64,000 bases of DNA from Streptomyces thermolineatus (GTDB lineage Bacteria > Actinomycetota > Actinomycetes > Streptomycetales > Streptomycetaceae): assembly GCF_039533165.1 (NCBI RefSeq), contig NZ_BAAATA010000012.1; one strand, 5' to 3'. The notes beneath the pieces were generated by a model. It saw only the letters and a list, made by a program, of their open reading frames with translations, made no database searches and was not told where the DNA came from. The translations under genes and the position numbers were made by a program. How positions within the stretch are numbered: the first letter of the stretch is position 1; each line of letters opens with the position of its first letter. Positions 47,807 through 57,890 of this stretch are shown piece by piece.

Positions 47807-48952
47807 TTGATGAACCGACCGGACACCGCCGCCGCGCCCCGTCCGAGAACCGCGGCGGCCGGCGCCGCCGTGCCCGCCCTGCTCCTGGCCGCCGTACTGG
47901 CCCTGGCCGGCTGCGGGGCGGCCGACACCGGCTCCGCCTCGAAGTCCGACTCGCAGGCGGCGCAGGCCGACGCCCCCGGCCGGGGGGAGGGGGGAGCCGG
48001 GGCGGCCGCGCCGTCCTCGGCGCCCGGGGCGTCGGACGCGAAGGGCTCCCGGGCCGCGACGCCCAGGCCCGCGGCCTCCCACATCGTGCACACCGCCTCG
48101 CTGGAGGTGCGGGTCGACGTCCTGGAGAAGGCGGCGGACTCCGCCCGCACCCTGGCCGACCGCGCCGAGGGGTACGTCGCCGACGAAGTCACGCGCGGCG
48201 GCTCCGGGGACGAGGACGAGGACTACTCGCGGATGACCCTCAAGGTCCCGCCCGCGCGGTACTCGCAGCTGCTCGACGACCTGGAGGAGCTCGGCGAGGT
48301 CGAGGAGCGCAAGGTCTCCTCGGAGGACGTCACCGGCCAGGTGGTCGACGTGGAGAGCCGGCTGAGGACGCAGCGGGCGAGCGTGGAGCGGGTCCGCAAG
48401 CTGATGGACCGTGCCGAGGACCTCAGCGACGTGGTGACCCTGGAGGGGGAGCTGAGCAGGCGCCAGGCCGACCTGGAGGCGCTGGAGGCCCAGCTGGAGT
48501 CGCTGCAGGAGCGCACCGGCATGGCCACGGTCACCCTCACCCTCGTGACAGAGGGCGACAGCTCGCCGCGGGAGGAGGACGAGGGCGTCTGGGACGCCTT
48601 CACCGGCGCGCTGGCGGACGGCTGGCACGCCTTCTACACGGCCTTCCGCGGCCTGCTCGTGATCGTCGGGTCGGTGCTGCCGTTCGCGGTGGTGCTGGCG
48701 CCGGTGGCGTGGCTGCTGCTCAGGAGGCGGCGCGCGAACGCGCCCTCGGCCGTCCCCGCCGCCCCGTCCGCCTCCCCGGTCGTCCCCGCTCCTGCGGGCG
48801 CGCCCGGGGCAGGGGCGAAGACCCCGTCGGGGGCGGAGGCCTCCTCGGGGGCGGAGGCCCCGTCGGGGGCAGAGGCCCCGTCGGAGTCGGACGCCGGGGC
48901 CGCGCCCGGCGGCGCCCGGGACGGCGCCGCGGCCGAGGAGCGCCGCGGCTGA
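47807..48952 (+). CDS. DUF4349 domain lipoprotein
   Basis: The lipobox is LALAGCGA. A coiled-coil region follows (SRLRTQRASVERVRKLMDRAEDLSDVVTLEGELSRRQADLEALEAQLESLQ). A C-terminal TM and an Ala/Pro-rich tail are present. Confidence 0.55.
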   Translation: MMNRPDTAAAPRPRTAAAGAAVPALLLAAVLALAGCGAADTGSASKSDSQAAQADAPGRGEGGAGAAAPSSAPGASDAKGSRAATPRPAASHIVHTASLEVRVDVLEKAADSARTLADRAEGYVADEVTRGGSGDEDEDYSRMTLKVPPARYSQLLDDLEELGEVEERKVSSEDVTGQVVDVESRLRTQRASVERVRKLMDRAEDLSDVVTLEGELSRRQADLEALEAQLESLQERTGMATVTLTLVTEGDSSPREEDEGVWDAFTGALADGWHAFYTAFRGLLVIVGSVLPFAVVLAPVAWLLLRRRRANAPSAVPAAPSASPVVPAPAGAPGAGAKTPSGAEASSGAEAPSGAEAPSESDAGAAPGGARDGAAAEERRG

Positions 48953-48997
48953 CACCCCTCCCCCGTCGCCCCGCGGGGCGACGGGGGTCCGCGGGTC

Positions 48998-50062
48998 CTA
49001 CCGGACCTCGGTCACGGTGTGCACGAACTCGACGAGCCGGGTGAGCGCGTCCGGGTCGGTGGAGGGGAGCACGCCGTGGCCGAGGTTGAAGATGTGGCCC
49101 TCCAGCGAGGAGGCGGCGTGCAGCACCTCGCGGGCCTTGGTCTCCACGGCCTTCGTCGGGGCGAAGAGCACGGCCGGGTCGAGGTTGCCCTGCAGGGCCT
49201 TGCCCGGGCCCACGCGCTGCCCGGCCACGTCCAGCGGCACCCGCCAGTCCACGCCGACGACGTCCGCGCCGGCCTCGCCCATCAGCCCGAGCAGCTCGCC
49301 GGTCCCGACGCCGAAGTGGATGCGCGGCACCCCGAGGCCGCCGACGGCGTCGAAGACCTTGGCGCTGTGCGCCATCACCGAGCGGCGGTAGTCGTCGGGG
49401 GCGAGGGCCCCGACCCAGGAGTCGAAGAGCTGGACGGCGGAGGCCCCGGCGTCGATCTGCACCTTCAGGAAGGCGGCGGTGATGTCGGCGAGGCGGTCCA
49501 GCAGGGCGTGCCACAGCTCCGGCTCGCCGTACATCATGGCCTTGGTGTGCTCGTGGTTGCGCGAGGGGCCGCCCTCGACCAGGTAGCTGGCGAGCGTGAA
49601 CGGGGCTCCTGCGAAGCCGATCAGCGGGGTGGCGCCCAGCTGCTCGGTGAGCATCCCGATCGCCTCGGTGACGTAGGAGACGTCGTCCGGCTCCAGGGGG
49701 CGCAGCCGCTGCAGGTCGGCGGCGGTGCGCACCGGTTCGGCGACGACCGGGCCGACGCCGGGCTTGATGTCGAGGTCGATGCCGATGGCCTTCAGCGGCA
49801 CCACGATGTCGCTGAAGTAGATGGCGGCGTCGACCTTGTGCCGGCGGACCGGCTGCATGGTGATCTCGGCGACCAGGTCGGGGCGCATGCACGAGTCCAG
49901 CATGGCGATGCCCTCGCGCACCTTGAGGTACTCGGGCAGCGACCGGCCGGCCTGCCGCATGAACCACACGGGGGTGTGCGGCACCGGCTCTCGCCGGCAG
50001 GCCTTGAGGAATGCCGAGTCTGCGGTGGGTCGGCTGTCGCGGGGCTCCTGGTTCGCACTCAC
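48998..50062 (-). CDS. hemE: uroporphyrinogen decarboxylase
   Basis: [15 protein letters not shown] is the HemE signature. A GTG start at 50062 is proposed. The first 30 aa of the track ORF are unlikely to be translated. Confidence 0.9.
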   Translation of the reverse strand: MSANQEPRDSRPTADSAFLKACRREPVPHTPVWFMRQAGRSLPEYLKVREGIAMLDSCMRPDLVAEITMQPVRRHKVDAAIYFSDIVVPLKAIGIDLDIKPGVGPVVAEPVRTAADLQRLRPLEPDDVSYVTEAIGMLTEQLGATPLIGFAGAPFTLASYLVEGGPSRNHEHTKAMMYGEPELWHALLDRLADITAAFLKVQIDAGASAVQLFDSWVGALAPDDYRRSVMAHSAKVFDAVGGLGVPRIHFGVGTGELLGLMGEAGADVVGVDWRVPLDVAGQRVGPGKALQGNLDPAVLFAPTKAVETKAREVLHAASSLEGHIFNLGHGVLPSTDPDALTRLVEFVHTVTEVR

Positions 50063-50150
50063 GCACCGATCTTCGCACGACGGCCCACCGACCCGCCCAC
50101 GGTGCCGCTCCTCCGCTGCTGCGGGGGCCCGGCCGCCTAGTCTTCCGGTC

Positions 50151-50771
50151 ATGGCTGCGGCTCATGGACACCTCCCGGAGGACGACACGATCCCCGCCGC
50201 GTTCCGGCGGGCGGTCGCCGGCCTGCACTCGGCCCGGGTCCGTTCCGAGGTCGGGCTGGAGACGATGGGCGCGCCGAAACGGCTGGCCTCCTTCGCCCAC
50301 GCGCTGACCGCCTCGGTCACGGTGGACGACGAGGAGCTGGCCGACGGGCGGCTGGTGCTGCTGCACGAGCCGGACGGGCACGAGGAGTGGCAGGGGTCGT
50401 TCCGCGTGGTGACGCTGACCCGCGCCGAGCTGGAGCCGGAGATGGCCTCGGACCCCCTGCTGCCCGAGGTGGCCTGGTCGTGGCTGACCGGGGCGCTGCA
50501 CGCCCGGGGCGCACGGTTCGCCGCGCCGAGCGGGACCGTCTCCCACACCTCCTCCCACTACTTCGGCGCGCTGTCGCAGAGGCCGGCGTCGACGCAGATC
50601 GAGATCCGGGCGTCGTGGACCCCGCTGGAGGGCCCCGACGGGGTGCCGGACACCGCCGCGCACCTGGCGGCCTGGTCCGACCTGCTGTGCACGGGCGCGG
50701 GGCTGCCGCCGGCGCCCGCCGAGCAGGGGATCGTCCCGATGCCCGCGCGGCGCGACCGCTTCACCCGCTGA
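50151..50771 (+). CDS. DUF3000 domain protein
   Basis: The ORF is 206 aa and is a conserved actinobacterial family divergent from hemE. It uses an ATG at 50151. Confidence 0.55.
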   Translation: MAAAHGHLPEDDTIPAAFRRAVAGLHSARVRSEVGLETMGAPKRLASFAHALTASVTVDDEELADGRLVLLHEPDGHEEWQGSFRVVTLTRAELEPEMASDPLLPEVAWSWLTGALHARGARFAAPSGTVSHTSSHYFGALSQRPASTQIEIRASWTPLEGPDGVPDTAAHLAAWSDLLCTGAGLPPAPAEQGIVPMPARRDRFTR

Positions 50772-50979
50772 GCCACGGGGTCCCACCCGCCGGGCCGCGG
50801 GGCCCCACCCGCTGACCCCCGGGACCCCGCCCCGCCGGGCCCCGCCCCTCCGAGCCGCGCGTCTTTACCCACTGGGCCACGCGCCACACCCGTCGGCCGA
50901 CAGCGGTCATCCCAAAGAGGGAATTGTCCCAATTCATGCGCAGACGGACACGATCTTTCCCTCAAGGATCGGGCGTCAG

Positions 50980-51729
50980 GTGCCGAAGCAGGAAATGACC
51001 CTTTCCACCGCGGAGGTCCGAAATTCCCCGACGGACTTCCGCGACCGCCACGAAACAGGAGGCCCGGTGTCGGTTCTTCTCGAGCACCCCACAAGCCTGG
51101 TCGCCTACCGCCCGAACAAGCCGACGGCCATGGTTGTCGTGGGCGACCCCCGAGTGCGCAGCACCGTCACCCGCCATCTGTGGGCCCTGGGTGTCCGTGA
51201 CGTGATCGAGGCGTCGTCCATCGCCGAGGCCCGGCCCCGGGTCGGAACGCCCCGGGACATCTGCGTCGCCGATGTCCACCTCCCCGACGGATCCGGTCTG
51301 ACCCTCCTCGCCGAGACGCGCGCGGCGGGCTGGCCCAACGGACTCGCCCTGTCCGCCGCCGACGACATCGGCGCGGTGCGCGACGCCCTCGCCGGCGGCG
51401 TCAAGGGCTACGTGGTCACCGGCACCCGCAACAACGTCGGCCACCTCACCCGCCCCGGTGCCGCTCCGATCGGGGCGGCCGCGGCCGCCCGGATGCGGCG
51501 GGCACCGGGCGCCGCCGGGCAGCCCGGCGGCTACCGGGAGCTCTCCGGCCGCGAGGTCGAGGTGCTCCGGCTGGTCGCCGAAGGCCAGTCCAACAAGGCC
51601 ATCGGCGTCTCGATGGGCCTGTCCGCACTCACCGTCAAGAGCCACCTCGCCCGCATCGCCCGCAAGCTGGGCACCGGTGACCGGGCCGGAATGGTCGCCG
51701 TCGCCCTGCGCACCGGCATCATCCACTGA
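50980..51729 (+). CDS. LuxR-family response regulator, possibly atypical (WhiI-like); start uncertain
   Basis: The receiver-like segment reads MVVVGDPRVRSTV...CVADVHLPDGSG. The C-terminal LuxR HTH is LSGREVEVLRLVAEGQSNKAIGVSMGLSALTVKSHL. The acidic pocket position (VGDP) looks degenerate. An internal ATG at ~51130 is an alternative start. Confidence 0.6.
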   Translation: MPKQEMTLSTAEVRNSPTDFRDRHETGGPVSVLLEHPTSLVAYRPNKPTAMVVVGDPRVRSTVTRHLWALGVRDVIEASSIAEARPRVGTPRDICVADVHLPDGSGLTLLAETRAAGWPNGLALSAADDIGAVRDALAGGVKGYVVTGTRNNVGHLTRPGAAPIGAAAAARMRRAPGAAGQPGGYRELSGREVEVLRLVAEGQSNKAIGVSMGLSALTVKSHLARIARKLGTGDRAGMVAVALRTGIIH

Positions 51730-51807
51730 CCTCCTCCCCCTCCCGGGCGTCCGCCGACGGAACGTTTCCGTCGGCGGACGTTTGCCGTGCACAGCTACCC
51801 TTGACGG

Positions 51808-53046
51808 GTGACCGACGCCCAAGAGACCGCAATAGACGAAACCCCGGCGCCGGTCCCGCTGCTGGATCCGCGCGAGGGCATCCCGCCGGTGATCGCCAGC
51901 CAGGAGGCCTTCGCCGCGACGGTGGACGCCTTCGCATCGGGCACCGGCCCGGTCGCTGTCGACGCCGAGCGCGCTTCCGGCTACCGCTACGGCCAGCGGG
52001 CCTACCTGGTCCAGCTGCGCCGTGCCGGAGCGGGTACCGCGCTGATCGACCCCGTCGCCTGCCCCGACCTGTCCCCCCTGGGCCGGGTGATCGGCGACGC
52101 CGAGTGGGTGCTGCACGCCGCCGGCCAGGACCTGCCCTGCCTGGGCGAGGTCGGCATGCGCCCGGCGGCCCTGTTCGACACCGAGCTGGCCGGGCGACTG
52201 GCCGGCTTCGCCCGGGTCGGCCTGGGCGCCATGGTGGAGAAGGTCCTCGGCTACACGCTGGAGAAGGGCCACTCTGCCGTCGACTGGTCCACCCGTCCGC
52301 TGCCCGAGCCGTGGCTGCGCTACGCCGCGCTCGACGTCGAACTGCTGGTGGACCTGCGGGACGCGCTCGAGGAGGAGCTGGCCGGCCAGGGCAAGCTGGC
52401 GTGGGCCCGGCAGGAGTTCTCGGCGCTGGCCGCCGCCCCGCCGCCGCTGCCGCGCGTGGACCCCTGGCGCCGCACCTCCGGCGTGCACAAGGTGCGGCGG
52501 CGCCGGCAGCTGGCCGTCGTGCGGGAGCTGTGGACGACCCGGGACCGGATCGCCCGGGAGCGGGACGTCTCCCCCGGCCGGGTGCTCCCCGACGCCGCCA
52601 TCGTGGCGGCGGCCCTCGCCGTTCCGGCGGACACCCGTGCGCTCGCCGCGCTGCCCGGGTTCAACCAGCGCGCGGGCCGCGCCCGGCTGGAGACGTGGCA
52701 GGCCGCGGTGGACCGCGCGAAGGCGCTGGCCGAGCGGGACCTGCCGCAGCACACGGCCCCCGCGCACGGCCCGCCCCCGCCGCGCGCCTGGGCCGACAAG
52801 GACCCGGCCGCCGCGGCGCGCCTGTCCGCCGCCCGGGCCGCGGTCACCGCGCTGGCCGAGGAGCTGGGAATGCCGCAGGAGAACCTGGTCTCCCCCGACT
52901 CGGTGCGGCGGGTGTGCTGGGAGCCCCCGGCCGACCCGACCCCGCAGTCCGTCGCACAGGCGCTGACCGCCCTCGGTGCCCGCCCCTGGCAGGTGGAGCA
53001 GGTCTCCGCGCTGCTCGCCGGCGCCCTCGCCCGCGGCGCGGGCTGA
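51808..53046 (+). CDS. rnd: ribonuclease D
   Basis: The DEDDy exonuclease motifs are AVDAERASGYRYGQRAYLVQL and HAAGQDLPCL. The YAALDVELL region and a C-terminal HRDC-like region are present. Confidence 0.8.
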   Translation: MTDAQETAIDETPAPVPLLDPREGIPPVIASQEAFAATVDAFASGTGPVAVDAERASGYRYGQRAYLVQLRRAGAGTALIDPVACPDLSPLGRVIGDAEWVLHAAGQDLPCLGEVGMRPAALFDTELAGRLAGFARVGLGAMVEKVLGYTLEKGHSAVDWSTRPLPEPWLRYAALDVELLVDLRDALEEELAGQGKLAWARQEFSALAAAPPPLPRVDPWRRTSGVHKVRRRRQLAVVRELWTTRDRIARERDVSPGRVLPDAAIVAAALAVPADTRALAALPGFNQRAGRARLETWQAAVDRAKALAERDLPQHTAPAHGPPPPRAWADKDPAAAARLSAARAAVTALAEELGMPQENLVSPDSVRRVCWEPPADPTPQSVAQALTALGARPWQVEQVSALLAGALARGAG

Positions 53047-53230
53047 ACCGTCCCGCTCCTTCCGGGCCGGGCCCGCCGGGCCGGCCCGGAGCGGGGACGC
53101 CGGTGTGAGGTGCGCCGCTTCGGGGGTGGGGGGTGGGCACACTGGTTACCCGCGAGTAGCATGACCGTGGAGCCGCCGCACGTTCCCGCGGTGCGCCCAG
53201 CAGTGCCCCCGCATCTGGAGGAGAGCCAAC

Positions 53231-54451
53231 GTGCCTCGTACCGCGAGGGACGTCGTCTTCGTCGACGGCGTCCGCACCCCGTTCGGCAAGGCGGGCCCCA
53301 AGGGGATCTACCACGAGACCCGCGCCGACGACCTGGTGATCAAGTGCATCCGGGAGCTGCTGCGGCGCAACCCGGACCTGCCCCCGGAGCGCATCGACGA
53401 GGTCGCCCTCGCCGCGACGACCCAGATCGGCGACCAGGGCCTGACCCTCGGCCGCACCGCCGGCATCCTCGCCGGCCTGCCGCAGTCCGTCCCGGGCTTC
53501 TCGATCGACCGCATGTGCGCCGGCGCGATGACCGCCGTGACCACCACCGCCGGCGGCATCGCCTTCGGCGCGTACGACGTGGTCGTGGCCGGCGGCGTCG
53601 AGCACATGGGCCGCCACCCGATGGGCGAGGGCGTCGACCCCAACCCGCGCCTGGTCTCGGAGAAGCTGGTCGACCAGTCCGCCATGTTCATGGGCATGAC
53701 GGCGGAGAACATCCACGACCGCTTCCCGCACCTGACCAAGCAGCGCGCCGACGAGTACGCGGTCCGCAGCCAGGAGAAGGCCGCCAAGGCGTACGCCGAC
53801 GGCAAGATCCAGCAGGACCTGGTGCCGGTCGCGATCCGCCGCACCAGCCCCGAGGCGGGCGAGACCGGCTGGGGCCTGGCCACCGTCGACGAGCCGATGC
53901 GCCCGGGCACCACGCTGGAGAACCTGACCGGCCTGAAGACCCCGTTCCGCGCGCACGGCCGCGTCACCGCGGGCAACGCCGCCGGCCTCAACGACGGCGC
54001 CACCGCCTCGATCCTGGCCGCCGAGGACGTGGCCCGCGAGCTGGGCCTGCCCGTCAAGATGCGCCTGGTCTCCTACTCCTTCGCGGGCGTCGAGCCCGAG
54101 GTCATGGGCATCGGCCCGGTCCCGGCGACCGAGAAGGCCCTGGCCAAGGCCGGCCTGACGATCGACGACATCGGCCTGTTCGAGATCAACGAGGCGTTCG
54201 CCGTCCAGGTGCTCTCGCTCCTGGACCACTACGGCATCGCCGACGACGACCCCCGGGTCAACCAGTACGGTGGCGCGATCGCGTTCGGCCACCCGCTGGC
54301 CTCCTCCGGCGTCCGGCTGATGACCCAGCTGGCCCGTCAGTTCGAGGAGCAGCCGCACGTGCGCTACGGCCTGACGACCATGTGCGTCGGCTTCGGCATG
54401 GGCGGAACGGTCATCTGGGAGAACCCGCACTTCGACGGAGGCAGCAAGTGA
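53231..54451 (+). CDS. fadA: acetyl-CoA C-acyltransferase (3-ketoacyl-CoA thiolase)
   Basis: VFVDGVRTPFGKA... is typical of the thiolase N-terminus. The C-terminal motif is GLTTMCVGFGMGG. Confidence 0.9.
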   Translation: MPRTARDVVFVDGVRTPFGKAGPKGIYHETRADDLVIKCIRELLRRNPDLPPERIDEVALAATTQIGDQGLTLGRTAGILAGLPQSVPGFSIDRMCAGAMTAVTTTAGGIAFGAYDVVVAGGVEHMGRHPMGEGVDPNPRLVSEKLVDQSAMFMGMTAENIHDRFPHLTKQRADEYAVRSQEKAAKAYADGKIQQDLVPVAIRRTSPEAGETGWGLATVDEPMRPGTTLENLTGLKTPFRAHGRVTAGNAAGLNDGATASILAAEDVARELGLPVKMRLVSYSFAGVEPEVMGIGPVPATEKALAKAGLTIDDIGLFEINEAFAVQVLSLLDHYGIADDDPRVNQYGGAIAFGHPLASSGVRLMTQLARQFEEQPHVRYGLTTMCVGFGMGGTVIWENPHFDGGSK

Positions 54452-56574
54452 CCACCACCGCCGAACTTCTTCAGGGAGCGGCCGCGCTGTTCCCCGACGA
54501 GGTCGTGACCCGCGCCGACGTGCGCCACCTCGACCTCCCCGGCGCCGGGCGCTTCGCCCTGATCACGCTGGACAACGGCCTGGACCACACCAAGCCGACC
54601 ACCTTCGGCCCGCAGTCGCTGGGCAACCTCGACAAGGCGATCGACCAGGTCGAGGCCGAGGCCGCCAAGGGCGAGATCGTCGGCGTCGGCATCACCGGCA
54701 AGCCGTTCATCTTCGCCGTCGGCGCCGACCTCAAGGGCGTGGAGCTCCTCACCGCCCGCGAGCAGGCCCACGCCATCGGCAAGGGCGGGCACGACGTCTT
54801 CAAGCGCCTGTCCTCGCTGGCCGTGCCGACCTTCGCCTACTACAACGGCGCGGCGATGGGCGGCGGCGTCGAGGTCGGCCTGCACTGCTCCTACCGCACC
54901 GTCTCGGCCGCGGTCCCCGCGTTCTCCCTGCCCGAGGTCTTCCTCGGCCTGGTGCCCGGCTGGGGCGGCTGCGTCCTGCTGCCGAACCTGATCGGCGCCG
55001 ACCGCGCGGTCTCGGTGATCATCGAGAACTCGCTCAACCAGAACAAGCAGCTCAAGGGCGTGCAGGTCTACGAGCTCGGCATCGCCGACGCCCTCTTCGA
55101 GGGCGCCGACTTCCTCGAGCAGTCCCTGCTGTGGACCGCCTCCGTCCTCAAGGGCGAGATCGAGGTCGCGCGCGCCGACGTCGACCGCGGCGAGGCCTGG
55201 GACCAGGCCGTCGCCCGCGGCCGCGCGATCGCCGACAGCAAGGTGCACGGCGCCGCCCCGGCCGCCTACCGGGCGCTGGACATCATCGCCGCGGCGAAGA
55301 ACGGCGACCTGCGCGCCGGCTTCGACGCCGAGGACGACGCGCTGGCCGACCTCATCATGGGCGGCGAGCTGCGCAGCGGCCTGTACGCCTTCAACCTGGT
55401 GCAGAAGCGCGCCAAGCGCCCGGCCGGTGCGCCGGACAGGTCGCTGGCCCGCAAGGTCACCAAGGTCGGCGTCGTCGGCGCGGGCCTGATGGCCTCGCAG
55501 CTGGCGCTGCTGTTCGCCCGCCGCCTCGAGGTGCCGGTCGTGCTGACCGACATCGACCAGGAGCGCGTGGACAAGGGCGTGGGCTACGTCCACGGCGAGA
55601 TCGACAAGCTCCTCGCCAAGCGCCGCATCAACGGCGACAAGGCCAACCGCCTCAAGGCGCTGGTCACCGGCTCCCTGGACAAGGCCACCGCCTTCGCGGA
55701 CGCGGACTTCGTCATCGAGGCCGTGTTCGAGGAGATGGGCGTCAAGCAGAACGTCTTCGCCGAGGTCGAGGCCGTCGTCAAGCCCGAGGCGATCCTGGCG
55801 ACCAACACCTCCTCGCTGTCGGTCACCGAGATGGCGTCCAAGCTCAAGCACCCCGAGCGGGTCGTGGGCTTCCACTTCTTCAACCCGGTCGCCGTCCTGC
55901 CGCTGCTGGAGATCGTCCGCGGCGAGCGGACCGACGACGCCTCGCTGGCCACCGCCTTCGGCGTGGCCAAGCAGCTGAAGAAGACCGCGGTGCTGGTCAA
56001 GGACGCCCCGGCGTTCGTCGTCAACCGCGTGCTGACCCGGTTCCTCGGCGAGGTCCTGGCCTCCATCGACGAGGGCACCCCGGTCGAGGTCGCGGACCGC
56101 GCGCTGGCCCCCCTGGGCCTGCCGATGTCCCCGATCGTGCTCCTGGAGCTGGTCGGCCCGGCCGTCGCCCACCACGTGGCCGGCACGCTGAACGCCGCCT
56201 TCCCCGACCGCTTCGGCGTCTCGGAGAACCTCGGCCGCATCGTCGCGGCGGGCAAGCGCTCCATCTACACCTACGCCTCCGGCAAGCCCGAGGTCGACCC
56301 CGAGGTGGCGGCGCTTTTCCAGGTCGGCGACAAGCCGCAGACCGAGGAGCAGGTGCGCGAGCGCGCCGAGAACGCCATCGCCGAGGAGATCCGGCTCATG
56401 CTGGACGAGGGCGTGGTGGCCGAGGCCCAGGACGTCGACCTGTGCCTGATCACCGGCGCGGGCTGGCCGTTCCACCTGGGCGGCATCACCCCGTACCTGG
56501 ACCGCGAGGGCGTCTCCGAGCGGGTGAACGGCAAGCCGTTCCTCGCCCCGGGCGTCGCCTCCGTCCCCGCGTAG
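54448..56574 (+). CDS. fadB: fatty-acid oxidation multifunctional protein (enoyl-CoA hydratase / 3-hydroxyacyl-CoA dehydrogenase)
   Basis: The crotonase fold is FAVGADLKG...AAMGGGVE. The NAD-binding motif is VGVVGAGLMASQLA. The protein is 708 aa. The GTG overlaps the fadA stop. Confidence 0.9.
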   Translation: MTTTAELLQGAAALFPDEVVTRADVRHLDLPGAGRFALITLDNGLDHTKPTTFGPQSLGNLDKAIDQVEAEAAKGEIVGVGITGKPFIFAVGADLKGVELLTAREQAHAIGKGGHDVFKRLSSLAVPTFAYYNGAAMGGGVEVGLHCSYRTVSAAVPAFSLPEVFLGLVPGWGGCVLLPNLIGADRAVSVIIENSLNQNKQLKGVQVYELGIADALFEGADFLEQSLLWTASVLKGEIEVARADVDRGEAWDQAVARGRAIADSKVHGAAPAAYRALDIIAAAKNGDLRAGFDAEDDALADLIMGGELRSGLYAFNLVQKRAKRPAGAPDRSLARKVTKVGVVGAGLMASQLALLFARRLEVPVVLTDIDQERVDKGVGYVHGEIDKLLAKRRINGDKANRLKALVTGSLDKATAFADADFVIEAVFEEMGVKQNVFAEVEAVVKPEAILATNTSSLSVTEMASKLKHPERVVGFHFFNPVAVLPLLEIVRGERTDDASLATAFGVAKQLKKTAVLVKDAPAFVVNRVLTRFLGEVLASIDEGTPVEVADRALAPLGLPMSPIVLLELVGPAVAHHVAGTLNAAFPDRFGVSENLGRIVAAGKRSIYTYASGKPEVDPEVAALFQVGDKPQTEEQVRERAENAIAEEIRLMLDEGVVAEAQDVDLCLITGAGWPFHLGGITPYLDREGVSERVNGKPFLAPGVASVPA

Positions 56575-56714
56575 GGCGCGGCGGGCGCACGCGCCCGGAC
56601 ACGGCAGAGCCGGCGGGCCGCCGCCGGGAGGTCTCCCTCCCGGCGGCGCCCCCCCCCCTTCCGTGCACCACCGCCCGGGCCGGCCGGGCCGGTCGACCCC
56701 GGTCCGGGGGCCGG

Positions 56715-57890
56715 TCAGCCCCGGTCCGCGGAGCCCCGTTCGCCGGGGGCCCGGTCGGCGCGGGACTTCCCTCCCGCCGGGTACGGCGCCGCGCCGCCGC
56801 GCGCGTTCCAGAAGGCCACGGTCAGGTCCTTCGCCAGAGCCCTGCGCTCGTGCGGGGCGGGCTCCCCCGGGCCGTTGCGCACCAGCCGCGCCACCGTCTC
56901 CTCCACCGCGGCGAGCACGTCGTCCAGGACCATCGTCCGGAACCTCGCGTCCAGCGCCGCCACCCGGGTGCGGTGCATCACCTCCGCCACCTGCGGCGCG
57001 TACTCCAGCCGCAGCGGGCGGGCGGCGAACACCTGGAGGCCGGCCGGACGGGCCTGCGCCGCCAGCAGCCGGGTCAGCTGCTCGCCGACCCGCTCCGCGT
57101 CCCGCAGCGTCGGCCCTCCCACGCCCCGGAAGTCGTCGGCGGGCGCCTGCGAGAAGACCCGGCAGACCGCCGACTCGACCAGTTCGCGCAGGTACGCCTC
57201 GTGGTCGTCCACCGAGAAACGGGCCCTGGCGCTGTCGCGCACCCGCCACACCAGCAGCACCACGACCTGCAGCGGGACGCCCTCGGAGTCCACGGCCGGC
57301 ATCGGACGGCTGCGCCAGTGCCGCAGCCGCACGTCCACCCGCTGCCGGGCCGCCACCGGGTCGAGCCACAGCAGGCCGGTGCGGCGCACCGTGCCCCGGT
57401 AGGCGCCGGAGCGGCTGAGCACCCACACGCTGCCCGCCCGGCCCCGAACCAGACCGCCGGAGACCAGCAGGACGACGACGGACGGCAGGACCAGCGCCGC
57501 CCACAGCACCGCCCCGGTGAGCCCCCCGTGGCCGGGGGGCGGCAGCGCCGCGGTGGGCAGGGCCCGGTCGAGCGCGCCGATCCGCCACAGCGCCCAGCAG
57601 AGCGTGACGACGGCGGCGACTCCGCACAGCAGGACGGGCGCCCCGGGCAGGCAGCGGGCGGGGCGCTCCTCGACGCCGGCGACCGGCGTGTCCCCGAACG
57701 GCTCGGACCGCACCGCCGGGGCAGGGGCCGCCGCCGGCGCGGGAACGGCCGCCGGGGCGACCGCGGTGGCGGGGCCGGGAGCGACGGCGGGGCCGAAGCC
57801 GGGCACGGTCGAGGGGCCGAAGCCCGGCGCCGGGCCGAAGCCGGGGCCGGGGCCGGGGCCGGGGGCCGGGGTGGGCAAGGACGGTCTCAT
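56715..57890 (-). CDS. SPFH/band-7 domain membrane protein with long Pro/Gly-rich N-terminus
   Basis: The TM is LLCGVAAVVTLCWALW. The SPFH-like core is VDSEGVPLQVVVLLVWRVRDSARARFSVDDHEAYLRELVESAV. Confidence 0.55.
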   Translation of the reverse strand: MRPSLPTPAPGPGPGPGFGPAPGFGPSTVPGFGPAVAPGPATAVAPAAVPAPAAAPAPAVRSEPFGDTPVAGVEERPARCLPGAPVLLCGVAAVVTLCWALWRIGALDRALPTAALPPPGHGGLTGAVLWAALVLPSVVVLLVSGGLVRGRAGSVWVLSRSGAYRGTVRRTGLLWLDPVAARQRVDVRLRHWRSRPMPAVDSEGVPLQVVVLLVWRVRDSARARFSVDDHEAYLRELVESAVCRVFSQAPADDFRGVGGPTLRDAERVGEQLTRLLAAQARPAGLQVFAARPLRLEYAPQVAEVMHRTRVAALDARFRTMVLDDVLAAVEETVARLVRNGPGEPAPHERRALAKDLTVAFWNARGGAAPYPAGGKSRADRAPGERGSADRG

